From: a virus
DNA: 64,000 bases
Direction: 5' to 3' (one strand)
Virus record (IMG/VR): IMGVR_UViG_3300042907_001596
Coordinates: 1-64,000 of that record
Below, piece after piece: positions 28,556-38,108 of the stretch. The position numbers and the translations under genes were made by a program. Within the stretch, counting starts at the first letter, position 1. The number at the start of each line of letters is the position of its first letter. The notes under the pieces were generated by a model. It was not told the origin of the DNA. It saw only the letters and a list, made by a program, of their open reading frames with translations, and did no database searches.

Positions 28556-29049
28556 GCTCCGCGAATCACTTCGTTGTAGTTGAAGTCGGTGCCTAGTGCC
28601 ACATGAATAGTGATCGGTGGCCCATCCAGTGCGTGCCGCTCTTCGTTGTACAACAGTGCCCAGCGGGGAATGGTGACTTCCCCCCGAACAAATCTCCTCC
28701 CCAGTTCGGTGAGCCGCCAAAACCCATTGCGCGGATTACCGTCGGCCTTCTCGCCGTCGCGCCCCTCAATCAAGCCCCAATGCTGAGACTTCACAGAGTC
28801 TCCACCTTTATCGCCGGTAAGGCTGGGAGTGTGATGCCAACCGTGAGGGTCTTCCCGATACATCGCCACCATTAGTCGGGCCATCTTGGCGTCGAAGGGA
28901 CGCACCGACATGGCGACATTTTGTCGGCAAGCGGGGCACTCCACCCCAGGATTGGCTTTCAGCCTGCCGGTGCGCCCACGCTTTGTTGGAATTAGCCGGT
29001 CAAGGATCCACCGGCGCACTTCGCCTAACGTCGTTTCGTCAGGGAACAT
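28552..29049 (-). CDS. Hypothetical Zn-ribbon/winged-helix-like protein
   Basis: CPAC; WGLIE...GFWRLTELGRRFV; directly downstream of the helicase. Confidence 0.62.
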   Translation of the reverse strand: MFPDETTLGEVRRWILDRLIPTKRGRTGRLKANPGVECPACRQNVAMSVRPFDAKMARLMVAMYREDPHGWHHTPSLTGDKGGDSVKSQHWGLIEGRDGEKADGNPRNGFWRLTELGRRFVRGEVTIPRWALLYNEERHALDGPPITIHVALGTDFNYNEVIRGA

Positions 29050-30948
29050 CTACCCTCCAAAGATCAGAAACTCCAGGTTGTCGTTCTCCGACCGGCTGGA
29101 GGAGTAGGACATCGCCTCCGTCGTACCGAGCGTTACTGATGCCAACTCCCGGCGGTCGTTACATATTCCCCACACCCGCTGCTCGACGGAATCGTCGGTG
29201 ACGTAGACGTACGCCGTCAGCCCGTCCAGGTAACTGTCGGCCCGGTCGATGCGGTTGGAGCGTTGCATCAAGATGTCCCACGAATACGGCGACTCGTAGT
29301 GAATGACGTAGCGGGCTTCGGTCATGTTCAGCCCGAAAGCCCCGGCGTCGGAGGACAGGAACACGGTGATCGCCGGGTCGGACTTGAAGTCCTCCTGGGC
29401 CTGCTGGTTCTCCCCGGCGGTGCGCCCGCCGTGGTGGGTAACGTACTTGATGCCCCGGCTCGTTAGTCCGGCGGCGATCAGATCCAAACTCATCGTCACC
29501 CACTGGGTGAAGATCAGCGTCTTGTCGCCGGAGTCGCGGATCGCCTCCACTTGGTCTAAAACGGCCTCCAGCTTCACGCTGTGCGACGAACTGACGAGGG
29601 TGGGGTGATCCTCTGCCAACTGCTTGCCGAACGGGTCTGTCGTCCATCTGAGGGCTTCGGGGTTGTTGCAGACGTACCGCAGCAGCCGGTAGAACGGCAT
29701 CAGGTTCTCCCCGACCGCCGCCGCCAGCCGTGCTTCCTCCACGATCACGTCGTACAGCCGCCGATCCTCCCGGCTCAACTGCACCGGCACGGTCACGGTT
29801 TGAAGGCCCTTGAAGTTGTCGCGGACGGCCGGGTCGGTTTTGCGCACCGACTGGGTGCGGTCGCACACCCGGTGACGCACCTCGTGCAACCGGGCCAGAT
29901 CCCACTCGTAGAAGGTGACCGGGAAGGTACCGTACCGGGTGGGCATGTTGTGGACTCTGACTTCTGCGGCGTACCGCTCCACGAAGCCCTGCCGGGAACC
30001 CAGCGGATTGTCGCCGGGGCCAGACAGCGCAAACACATCCCGGTACCGCAGGGGGCTGGCCGCGACGACCGACGCCGACATCGGCCACACCGTGGCGTGG
30101 CAGTTGAAGACCAGATCATCGAAGCGGCGGCGGAACGTGTTGGGCTTGTCGTCGGTTAGCAGCTTGGAGGCTTCGTCCGCGATGATCAGCACCCGGCGTC
30201 CGGCGGTCAACTCACTCAGAGCGCCGAAGTCCACGCGGGCCTTCTCGTAGTTCAGGACGTACACGTCGTGTCCGGCGGCGTAGCCTTTCCGGCGCTTCGC
30301 CGGGGTGCCGTCGTTGACGACGGCGTCCAGCCCGGTGGTGGAGGTGATGAATCGGCACAGGTTGGTCTTGAGGGGGCCGAGAGTGAAGGCCAGGATCACA
30401 TCGACAAGACCCCGGTTGACCATCTCTTGGGCACCGGCGGCGGCGAAACAACTCTTGCCCGTCCCGGTGGCCCACCCGACGAAGGTCAGCCGCTCGTCAG
30501 GGCGAGAAGCGTGCGCTCGCTCCAGCGCCCGGTTCAGGGTGAAAGTCTGGTAGGGGTACAGGCTGCCCTCGCCGGGGCAGACGAACCCGGCGATGTCCAG
30601 CGGCTGCTCCCACCGGGCGACCGCCTCAAGGATGGGGGCGCAGGAAGAGCCGAACAGCACCGTCCAGTCATCCTTCTCCAGAAGCTCAACGAAGTCGTGC
30701 AGCAGGAATAGCTCGTTAAGGCACAGATGCCGCGACAGCCACTCGCTGTAGGTGGCGAGGAACGGCGGCGGGTTGACGGTTTGAAACAGCAGGCTGCCGG
30801 GGTAGGAGGGATGCTGCTCAACGACTACCAGGCGATCGGGGTCGACGCCCTCGACCGCTGCGGCGAGGTCATCGGTGATCGGATACACCCCACCAACATA
30901 CCGGATGAGCAGGTGTTTCACTGATGTAGTTGCACTCGTGTCATTCAC
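29050..30948 (-). CDS. SNF2-like (SF2) DNA helicase
   Basis: ATGTGKS, IIADEAS, MSAS, FLSSDAGAFGLNM, QRSNRIDR motifs. Confidence 0.88.
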   Translation of the reverse strand: MNDTSATTSVKHLLIRYVGGVYPITDDLAAAVEGVDPDRLVVVEQHPSYPGSLLFQTVNPPPFLATYSEWLSRHLCLNELFLLHDFVELLEKDDWTVLFGSSCAPILEAVARWEQPLDIAGFVCPGEGSLYPYQTFTLNRALERAHASRPDERLTFVGWATGTGKSCFAAAGAQEMVNRGLVDVILAFTLGPLKTNLCRFITSTTGLDAVVNDGTPAKRRKGYAAGHDVYVLNYEKARVDFGALSELTAGRRVLIIADEASKLLTDDKPNTFRRRFDDLVFNCHATVWPMSASVVAASPLRYRDVFALSGPGDNPLGSRQGFVERYAAEVRVHNMPTRYGTFPVTFYEWDLARLHEVRHRVCDRTQSVRKTDPAVRDNFKGLQTVTVPVQLSREDRRLYDVIVEEARLAAAVGENLMPFYRLLRYVCNNPEALRWTTDPFGKQLAEDHPTLVSSSHSVKLEAVLDQVEAIRDSGDKTLIFTQWVTMSLDLIAAGLTSRGIKYVTHHGGRTAGENQQAQEDFKSDPAITVFLSSDAGAFGLNMTEARYVIHYESPYSWDILMQRSNRIDRADSYLDGLTAYVYVTDDSVEQRVWGICNDRRELASVTLGTTEAMSYSSSRSENDNLEFLIFGG

Positions 30949-31077
30949 GCGATAGAACTATTTCGCACGGTGCTATCAGGCGAGTCCACCGTAACCAGAC
31001 CGCCCCGGTCACTATCCTGTACCGGCAGGATGTCAAGGCAAAGGCCACGTCTTGGCAATACCGAAACCGCATGTCCT

Positions 31078-31135
31078 GGTGGACGTGCGGCGATAGGTGT
31101 TTGCCTTCCCTCCGCTTTGTCGTCGTCGTCCGACC
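31078..31135 (+). ncRNA. Candidate anti-Shine-Dalgarno hairpin sRNA A
   Basis: Stems GGACG/CGTCC and GGCGATA/TGTCGTC; loop TGTTTGCCTTCCCTCCGC is complementary to the RBS at 24291-24307. Expression not shown. Confidence 0.4.
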
Positions 31136-31153
31136 GGCGCACTACGCCCTTGC

Positions 31154-31183
31154 GGGGAGGGGGGCTTTGGGGGGAGGGGAGGG
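31154..31183 (+). other. G-run cluster (potential G-quadruplex)
   Basis: GGGG-A-GGGGGG-CTTT-GGGGGG-A-GGGG-A-GGG in the divergent intergenic region. Confidence 0.5.
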
Positions 31184-31235
31184 CAAGGCCGTTTTTCGGC
31201 CCTCCTCCAGACGATGCCAGATGAAGGAGAGACAG

Positions 31236-31622
31236 ATGAGAGTGACCGACGAAGAGCTTTGGCTCCAACAGAAAGCCGAACTGTCTGCCGACGACACCGG
31301 GAAAGCCTTCCTGCAATTCCTTGAGGACTGGGTGGGGACAGCCGACCGAGCGATGGATCTACAGCCCGACCTTCCGGCGGCTGATGCTTTCCGCGAATCC
31401 CTCACCCTGGTGGAAGGACGCCAAGGAAGGATTGCGTGCGCGTTCGTCGGCCAGATGATGGTTGTTGCGGTATCCCACTGGGTGCATGGTGAGGTTTTTG
31501 CACAAAACCTTACGGCGATAGAGCGCCGCCTGATGGAAGACACCGTTCTCCTCAAGCTCGCTGAACTGGAAGAGTCCGCCGCCGCGCCGGTGCAGGATAG
31601 CGTTCCTCTTTTACAGGAATGA
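31236..31622 (+). CDS. Hypothetical protein
   Basis: RBS GAAGGAGA, ATG 31236. Confidence 0.65.
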   Translation: MRVTDEELWLQQKAELSADDTGKAFLQFLEDWVGTADRAMDLQPDLPAADAFRESLTLVEGRQGRIACAFVGQMMVVAVSHWVHGEVFAQNLTAIERRLMEDTVLLKLAELEESAAAPVQDSVPLLQE

Positions 31623-31656
31623 TGTTAGAGTTGATGTGACAGAAGGGAGACACCCC

Positions 31657-31737
31657 ATGAATATCGTTGTCACGTTTTTGGTCGTATTTTTGGTTTCTTT
31701 GTCGGCGTGGCTTCTCGTAGAGGAAAGCCGCCGGTGA
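31657..31737 (+). CDS. 26-aa single-TM peptide (not in ORF track)
   Basis: RBS GAAGGGAG; MNIVVTFLVVFLVSLSAWLLVEESRR; stop overlaps next ATG. Confidence 0.45.
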   Translation: MNIVVTFLVVFLVSLSAWLLVEESRR

Positions 31738-31952
31738 TGATGAAGTCCGAAGTGGTCGCGGAGATCCTGTACAAAGCCTATTCTGACGCCGAAAAACGAG
31801 ATCATCACATCTGGCCGGGGGGACAGTCCCCGGTGAACTGGATCCAGCTTCCGTGGGATCAGCGCCAGCAGTGGCGAGCCGCCGCCGAAGCGGCGTTAAG
31901 TTTCTGTAGCCCAGTAGAAGATTGGCACGGAAAAGCACGGTCGTCATCGTGA
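31737..31952 (+). CDS. Hypothetical protein
   Basis: TGATG coupling; WIQLPWDQRQQWRAAA motif common in small phage proteins. Confidence 0.55.
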   Translation: MMKSEVVAEILYKAYSDAEKRDHHIWPGGQSPVNWIQLPWDQRQQWRAAAEAALSFCSPVEDWHGKARSSS

Positions 31953-32055
31953 CGGCCGAAGAGTTAGCGTTGTTCATTCGGGAGATGGTGCGCTCCGGCG
32001 TGCTTTCACCTCCGTGGGTGGAGAGAGCCGAAGATGTACTCGACCGGGTGGAGGG

Positions 32056-32289
32056 ATGGTAATGGTGGGTAAGCACTCAGCCGCAGCACTGGAGGGTTTC
32101 CGGTCGCTGAATCCGGCGCAAATACTGGAGATCGGTCGGTACTGGGATGCCGTCGACAAAATCAAAGAACACATGCGCGACGACGACAACTTCTGCGGTT
32201 GCGGCGAGTCGTTCGATGACGACCAGGGGTGGGCCGAACATCTCGCCAACAACCTCTTCCCCCACAAAAGCGTGATCCGCAGTGGCTGA
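32056..32289 (+). CDS. Small Zn-binding-like protein
   Basis: RBS GGAGGG; H...CGCG...WAEH. Confidence 0.55.
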   Translation: MVMVGKHSAAALEGFRSLNPAQILEIGRYWDAVDKIKEHMRDDDNFCGCGESFDDDQGWAEHLANNLFPHKSVIRSG

Positions 32290-32536
32290 CCCCGACATTA
32301 TCGACACCCAACTCACGTTGCACTTCGGGGCGACGCTGTCGGTCACCGGCGGCAACGGCTACAACGACTGGATCAAGCCCGCCGCCAGCTACTCCATCAA
32401 GTGGTCTGGAGTGCCCAGCGAGGAGCAGATCCGGCTGGCCACCACCTTCATTCAAACCCAAGTGCTCTCGCCCATTCTGGAAGAGATCATCGTTACCGCC
32501 CAAGACCGGCTGGAAGAAGCACGAAAGGGTCGCTGA
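32282..32536 (+). CDS. Hypothetical protein
   Basis: Overlap-coupled ORF with phage-like codon usage. Confidence 0.6.
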   Translation: MADPDIIDTQLTLHFGATLSVTGGNGYNDWIKPAASYSIKWSGVPSEEQIRLATTFIQTQVLSPILEEIIVTAQDRLEEARKGR

Positions 32537-32600
32537 TGGAGTTCGTCGTCGTTGCCGTCGTCATTGCCGGGATGCTGCTGCACCACAAGTTCATCCGCAA

Positions 32601-32750
32601 ATGACTACGTCGTACATGCTGTCGCACCCCGACCACAAACCCTTTTTGGTGATTATCCTTCAGGACGACGACGAAGTCATCGCCATCATTCAGGACTTCA
32701 TCGCGTCCTGCGTTGCTGTCGGTTGGTCTGTCGATCCCCAACTGTTATAG
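32601..32750 (+). CDS. Small hypothetical protein
   Basis: ATG 32601 in an ATGA overlap. Confidence 0.4.
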   Translation: MTTSYMLSHPDHKPFLVIILQDDDEVIAIIQDFIASCVAVGWSVDPQLL

Positions 32751-32817
32751 CCGTCTGTTAGCATGGTTATTGGATGGAGACAATCGCTCCGTCTGGAGGA
32801 TCGAAGGAGACGCGATC

Positions 32818-33546
32818 ATGGCAAAAGATCTGGTGGGATTCCCCGACGGAAACGACCCGCTCAACCGGGTATTTCGGGTGGCTCAGGAGAAGGCGCTGCT
32901 GGAACTTGTCGGCAGCAAAGCGGCGGCGCAGAAGTCGGCGCACACCACAGTGGCACAGCGCAAAGATAAGCTGCGCCAGTCTTTGGAGGACTACGACGTA
33001 GACAGGCTGCTGGAACTTCAGCAGAAAATGTCGTCGTTCATCGACATCCTGACCGGCGACAGTATCGCCACCACCAACGGTGGGCGTGTCCTCGACGGCA
33101 CCCGCGCCGCCGACCTGATGAAGCGCTTCCTCGACCAGCGTGACATTGACGAACTGACATCGGTGGTGCGCGACCTCATCAAAGAGACGGTGTACGGGCA
33201 CATCGACGCCCTGCTGGAAGCCAGCGACGTGGAGGATCCTGAAGCCCACAACGGCTCCCTGGAGGTGCCCGAACTGGGCAAGCGGTTTTGCCGGGAAGGT
33301 GCGGGATACAAAGATCCTGAGTTCGACACCGTCCGGCTCAAGGAGCTTCTGGGCGAGCGTGCCGCCGACATCTTCGACACTGAAGAGGTGCCGGAGCAGA
33401 TCATCCCCGCGCACACCGAAGAGGTCTTCTCCATTGAGAAGGCGCTCCGGCTGGGCCAGCGCGACCCTGCCGTGATGGAAATCCTCCGCGACTGCCTCAC
33501 ACCCGGTGCGCTCAAGTCGTCCCGGTTCGTGGTGCGTGACTTATGA
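32818..33546 (+). CDS. Hypothetical protein
   Basis: RBS GAAGGAGA, ATG 32818. Confidence 0.72.
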   Translation: MAKDLVGFPDGNDPLNRVFRVAQEKALLELVGSKAAAQKSAHTTVAQRKDKLRQSLEDYDVDRLLELQQKMSSFIDILTGDSIATTNGGRVLDGTRAADLMKRFLDQRDIDELTSVVRDLIKETVYGHIDALLEASDVEDPEAHNGSLEVPELGKRFCREGAGYKDPEFDTVRLKELLGERAADIFDTEEVPEQIIPAHTEEVFSIEKALRLGQRDPAVMEILRDCLTPGALKSSRFVVRDL

Positions 33547-33555
33547 GAGGACATT

Positions 33556-34053
33556 GTGGCCGACGACCTGATGGACGGCGTAGACAAGTTTTACTCCACG
33601 GCGGAGGCTGCTGAGTTCTTCGGACGCAGCAATCAGTGGATGTACTACTGCATGCGCAACGGAAGGTTCACCTACGCGCCGGTGTGGCATGTTCGCAGCA
33701 CCAGCGAAAAAGCTGAGTGGCACCGCTATACCCAGCACCCCTTTGAGGAACTGCGGGGCCGATTCACGTCGGTGACTGAACCCGACCTCACTTTAACGGT
33801 GTTGGGCGAGGCCGAACATCACATGGAGTGGCGCAACGAAGCGGGCACGCTGACGTTCAAATACTTTGCGGATCCGATTGAACCGATTCGCATCGGCCTG
33901 ACCAACCGGCGGCGGTTCACCCTCCCGGTGATCCGCGAAATCGCATTGTCGTGCTACCGGCTGGGCAACTTCAAAGAGGACGAACTCAAGACAGTTTTGA
34001 CGCGGATATTTGTCGCAGAGTTTGGCGAGTCGGCCACGGAGATCCCGACCTGA
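33556..34053 (+). CDS. Helix-turn-helix DNA-binding protein
   Basis: FYSTAEAAEFFGRSNQWMY excisionase/MerR-like HTH; RRRFTLPVI. Confidence 0.68.
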   Translation: MADDLMDGVDKFYSTAEAAEFFGRSNQWMYYCMRNGRFTYAPVWHVRSTSEKAEWHRYTQHPFEELRGRFTSVTEPDLTLTVLGEAEHHMEWRNEAGTLTFKYFADPIEPIRIGLTNRRRFTLPVIREIALSCYRLGNFKEDELKTVLTRIFVAEFGESATEIPT

Positions 34054-34086
34054 GCCAGTAAAATGCTGTGTCAGAAGGAGACACCC

Positions 34087-34866
34087 TTGACACTCAACAG
34101 CATGCTGCTTTCTGACGCCGAACTGCGTCGGCTGCTGGCAGAACACCCCGAGCTTCGCGCCGACCCCGACGAATACTGCCCGACCTGCGCCAAAGTCGGC
34201 ACCTACCGCTGGCAAGGCCAAGAGTATCTGTGCGATTGCGCCACCCAGCTTCGGCTCTACAAGCGATACTTAGCCAGCGGCATCGGCGTCCCGTATCAGC
34301 GGCTGTCGTGGGTTGACATCGACCCCGAAGTCCTCACCCGGCTCGCCCCGATTATGGAGTTTCTGGAGAACCCTGAGCCGTACATCTCGCGGGGAATCGG
34401 GGTGTGGCTGTGGGGGCCACCGGGCACCGGCAAGACGATGGTGGCCACCCTCATCCTCAAAGACCTGATCGGCAAGGGGCACTACGGATTCTCCGCCTCC
34501 CAAGCCTCCACCGTCGAAGCCTTCACCGCCGGGTGGGGTGGGAACACCGACGAGAAAATGTGGTTCCAAGAGAAGTTTCTGCGCAGCCGGGTGCTGCTGC
34601 TGGATGAACTGCGCCCCGGCACCACCCGCCTGGACGAGTCGACATTCGACCATATTCTGCGCACCCGCGTTCACAACGGACGCCCGACGATCATCACCAC
34701 CAACCTCACCCCCAGCGGGCTGGAGAGTGGCTACGGATCCTCCATCTTGTCGCTGCTGGTGGAGCAGTCCGTCACCGTCAACCTGACCGGCTTCAACTTC
34801 CGCAGCCAAGCGCACGACCGGGTGATGGCGGAGATTCGCGCCAAAGAGACAAGGCCGATCGTATGA
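34087..34866 (+). CDS. dnaC: DnaC-like helicase loader (AAA+ ATPase)
   Basis: CPTC...CDC Zn site, GPPGTGKT, LLLDE, PTIITTN. TTG 34087 follows RBS GAAGGAG (alternative start ATG 34063). Confidence 0.85.
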   Translation: MTLNSMLLSDAELRRLLAEHPELRADPDEYCPTCAKVGTYRWQGQEYLCDCATQLRLYKRYLASGIGVPYQRLSWVDIDPEVLTRLAPIMEFLENPEPYISRGIGVWLWGPPGTGKTMVATLILKDLIGKGHYGFSASQASTVEAFTAGWGGNTDEKMWFQEKFLRSRVLLLDELRPGTTRLDESTFDHILRTRVHNGRPTIITTNLTPSGLESGYGSSILSLLVEQSVTVNLTGFNFRSQAHDRVMAEIRAKETRPIV

Positions 34867-36104
34867 GTCTGGAACACCGCCTGCTCTCCCACCTGACTGA
34901 CGCCGCAGAGATAGCGCGGGTCTGGGAGATCGGCGTGCGCTCCGAAGTCTTTGAAGAGCCGCTATGCCAGGCCGCGTACAACTTCATCATCGACTACTGG
35001 CTGTACAACCAGATGGACAAAGCACCGACGACGCTGGTGATCGTCACGGAGTTCCCCGGCCTCAAGCTGACCGACGAACTAGATGAGGCAACCTCGTGGT
35101 TGGCCGAGACACTGATGCGCCGCTACGCCACCAACCGGCTCAACGAAATGCTGACCGAAGCCGCCGTCACCGCGCCGGAAGATCCCGTCGGAACCCTCAA
35201 GTCTCTCCAGTCGGCTACTTACGCCGCGACCGAAGTGGTCACCCCCCGGCATAGCCGTTCTGATATGTCGAACATCCACGAGCGCAGGCAACGCTACGGC
35301 GAGCGGGTCGACCACCACGGTCAGGGCATCACGCTAGGGCTGGCCGAACTCGACGCCCACACCAACGGTCTGCTGCCCGGTGAACTGTGCGCCGTCGGGG
35401 CGTTCAGCAAGGTTGGCAAGACGATGTTCCTCGTCAACGCCGCCGTCGCCGCCCGCCGCTCCGGCCGCACCCCGATCATCTTTACGCTGGAGATGAGTTG
35501 CCGGGAGGTGGAGGACAGGATCGACGCGCTGTACTCCGGCGTCTCGTACAACCGGTTCATCCACGGCGAGTTGTCGCCCGACGAGATCGCACTGCTGCAC
35601 CGTAGCCAAGACGAGATGCAGACGCTAGGCCCGCTGTACGTCGAACGCCCCGAACGCGGCGAGCGCACCGTCGCACTGATGGTCAACCGTGCCCGCCAGC
35701 TAGGGGCCGACTACGTCATCATCGACCAACTCAGCTTCATCGACGGGGAGAAGGACAACTATCGGGGCGACCGGCCGTTGACCCAGAAGCACTCCGACAT
35801 CGTGTTCGCGCTGAAAGATGAGATCAGCCGGGAAAGCCGGGGGGCCATCCCTTGCCTGCTGGCCGTCCAGTTCAACCGGGACTCCCTCAACGAGGTCAGC
35901 CTGAAGTCTTTCGCCAACACCTCCGCGATCGAACAGACGGTCGACCTCGCGCTGGGCTTGAGCCGCACCTCCGATATGCGGGCCAACCGGCTGATGCGCC
36001 TCGACGTGCTGGGTGCCCGCCGCTCCGACATTGCCAGCTATTTGCTGCGGTGGGATCTGAGCCACCAAAGTCGGATCAGTGTGGATGAAGAGATCCACGA
36101 CTAG
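34863..36104 (+). CDS. dnaB: DnaB-like replicative helicase
   Basis: GLLPGEL, AFSKVGKT, FTLEMS, VIIDQL, AVQFNR, IEQTVD. Confidence 0.9.
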   Translation: MSLEHRLLSHLTDAAEIARVWEIGVRSEVFEEPLCQAAYNFIIDYWLYNQMDKAPTTLVIVTEFPGLKLTDELDEATSWLAETLMRRYATNRLNEMLTEAAVTAPEDPVGTLKSLQSATYAATEVVTPRHSRSDMSNIHERRQRYGERVDHHGQGITLGLAELDAHTNGLLPGELCAVGAFSKVGKTMFLVNAAVAARRSGRTPIIFTLEMSCREVEDRIDALYSGVSYNRFIHGELSPDEIALLHRSQDEMQTLGPLYVERPERGERTVALMVNRARQLGADYVIIDQLSFIDGEKDNYRGDRPLTQKHSDIVFALKDEISRESRGAIPCLLAVQFNRDSLNEVSLKSFANTSAIEQTVDLALGLSRTSDMRANRLMRLDVLGARRSDIASYLLRWDLSHQSRISVDEEIHD

Positions 36105-36129
36105 AAAGGGTGACACCAAGGAGGTGGCG

Positions 36130-36282
36130 ATGAACAAATACTTCGATGCGGAGCTTTACCACGACGACACCTGGGAGGTGTATGACCCAGGCACAGCCAA
36201 AACCATCGCGCTCTTTTACGACAAAGACCTGGCCGAAGACTATATCCGGTGGCTCAACAAGAAGAAGAAGATCCGGTCGTGA
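36130..36282 (+). CDS. Small hypothetical protein
   Basis: RBS AAGGAGGTG, ATG 36130. Confidence 0.6.
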   Translation: MNKYFDAELYHDDTWEVYDPGTAKTIALFYDKDLAEDYIRWLNKKKKIRS

Positions 36283-36554
36283 CTCGCAGAGGAGTCAAGC
36301 TCGCCCCCGCACCCCGCCGCGAACTCCCCATCTACCCTCGTCCCTGCCCCGACGACTGCGGGAAGATGCTGACGAATTGGACGCACGCCTGCTTTCCCGC
36401 CCCTTGGTGGGATCCGCCGGGGCTGCCACCCCGCCCGATGGCCGACCGGTGCGCTGCTCATACGCACTGCTCTTACCGCGACGACGACCCCGGTCGGTGT
36501 TCTCTATGCCACGCCACCCCCACCACCTGCTGCTGCGGGAAGACCGATGAGTGA
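36279..36554 (+). CDS. Cys/Pro-rich hypothetical protein
   Basis: GTGA overlap; several Cys pairs. Confidence 0.45.
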   Translation: MTRRGVKLAPAPRRELPIYPRPCPDDCGKMLTNWTHACFPAPWWDPPGLPPRPMADRCAAHTHCSYRDDDPGRCSLCHATPTTCCCGKTDE

Positions 36555-36744
36555 AGACGACACCACCAGGATCATCTGCGCGGCGTGCCGGACAGTACTG
36601 GGGTTCGGCTGCGCCAAAGAGGAGATGACCCGCCTGGCCTACGCTCACCACGAAGTCTGCACCGCATCCAAAGAGGATTACGAGCAGGCGGTGTTCGACC
36701 TGAAGTTCAAGGCTATGGTGAGAGACATGCGGGTCGATGATTAG
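36547..36744 (+). CDS. Small Zn-finger-like protein
   Basis: CAAC...HHEVC; similar layout to 51602..51841. Confidence 0.55.
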   Translation: MSEDDTTRIICAACRTVLGFGCAKEEMTRLAYAHHEVCTASKEDYEQAVFDLKFKAMVRDMRVDD

Positions 36745-37789
36745 TCGGCGGATGTATCAGCAGTATCGTCGCCGCCTCGACGGCAGGCTGCTGCTGGAGC
36801 ATTATGGGGCGCAGAACTGTAGTGAGCAGGCAGGGCCGGACGGCACCACCGAGATCATCCACTCCTGCCTCCTCGACCGGGTGGAGCCGCACCACTCCAA
36901 CGGCGACCAGAACCCGTCGGCCTGCTTGAACGTCGACAAAAAGGTGTACGTTTGCTATTCGCTGGGGTGGGGTGGGGATCTGTTCCGGCTCATTCAAAAG
37001 TTGGAGGATGCGCCCAGCCTGGCCGATGTCACCCCGATGGTCGGGTCGATGCTTACTGGATCCACCCAGGACTCCGATGCGGTGGTAGCCGAAATCAACA
37101 GCTACTTCACCCAGCACGCCCACACCGACGCCCCGCTGCCGACCTACTCCGACCGGATCTTGACGCCGTGGATGGTGTCCCACCCTTACCTGCGGGAGGA
37201 GCGGGGAATCAGCCAAGGTGCCCACGAGATGCTGCGGCTGGGATACGACGCCGACGTGAATCGGGTGGTGTTCCCGCACTTCGTCCACGGCGATCTGGTG
37301 GGGTGGCAAACTCGCGCCATTCCGGCGCGGGACGGCTGGCCGGGAACTGACCCCGACTGGCCAAAATACAAATCGTCGTCGGGCTTCCCGAAAGCGGAAA
37401 CGCTGTACGCGATGGATCTGGCTCAGCGCCACCGCCCCGTCGTGGTGGTGGAGTCCCCGATGAGCGTGGCCAAAGCCTACAGCTTGGGGATCACCAACGT
37501 CGTCGCCACCTTTGGGGCGAAGGTCACCGACACTCAACTTCAGCTTCTGCGCGACTACCCCGGCGTCACCGTGTGGTTCGACGGCGACCCGGCGGGGCGC
37601 TCCGGTGAGCGCAAGCTGGTCGACGGGCTGCACACCCACACCGTAGTGTCCGTCGTGGTGCCCGAAGCCGAACGCGACCTGGGCGACTACAACGACGCCG
37701 ACGAGGTCACCAAAGCCATCGCCGGTGCGGTACCGGCTACCATGATGCGGGCCGAATATGCCCGCGCCGAACGGTACGGAAGGAGCTAG
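36737..37789 (+). CDS. DNA primase (Zn-binding + TOPRIM)
   Basis: C...H..GDQNPSA..N...VC; RVVFPHF; VVVESPMSV; WFDGDPAG; DLGD. Confidence 0.88.
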   Translation: MISRRMYQQYRRRLDGRLLLEHYGAQNCSEQAGPDGTTEIIHSCLLDRVEPHHSNGDQNPSACLNVDKKVYVCYSLGWGGDLFRLIQKLEDAPSLADVTPMVGSMLTGSTQDSDAVVAEINSYFTQHAHTDAPLPTYSDRILTPWMVSHPYLREERGISQGAHEMLRLGYDADVNRVVFPHFVHGDLVGWQTRAIPARDGWPGTDPDWPKYKSSSGFPKAETLYAMDLAQRHRPVVVVESPMSVAKAYSLGITNVVATFGAKVTDTQLQLLRDYPGVTVWFDGDPAGRSGERKLVDGLHTHTVVSVVVPEAERDLGDYNDADEVTKAIAGAVPATMMRAEYARAERYGRS

Positions 37790-37791
37790 CG

Positions 37792-38049
37792 GTGGGAAAA
37801 AGCAAAGTCACCATCCGCACGTTGTCGTCGGGGGAAAAGGTGCATCACTACCCGCCGGACGATGATCACCCCGACGGCCGGATGGTGCTGATCCCACACG
37901 ACGAACTGGCCGACAGCATTATGGAGCAGCAGGACGCCAACGCCGCTACGCTGTCCGACCTTCAGGTCTTCCACCACTCGCTGGTGCGGGAAAAGAACGA
38001 GGCTGAAGCCGCCCACCCCGCAGTGCCGCCGGAGAAGCGGTTCGTCTAA
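37792..38049 (+). CDS. Hypothetical protein
   Basis: RBS GAAGGAG, GTG start. Confidence 0.6.
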   Translation: MGKSKVTIRTLSSGEKVHHYPPDDDHPDGRMVLIPHDELADSIMEQQDANAATLSDLQVFHHSLVREKNEAEAAHPAVPPEKRFV

Positions 38050-38108
38050 TTCTGTACTCATCCCGCGACCACGTTCCTGGGCTGGGTTATCCAAGTTGCA
38101 ACCGCGCT

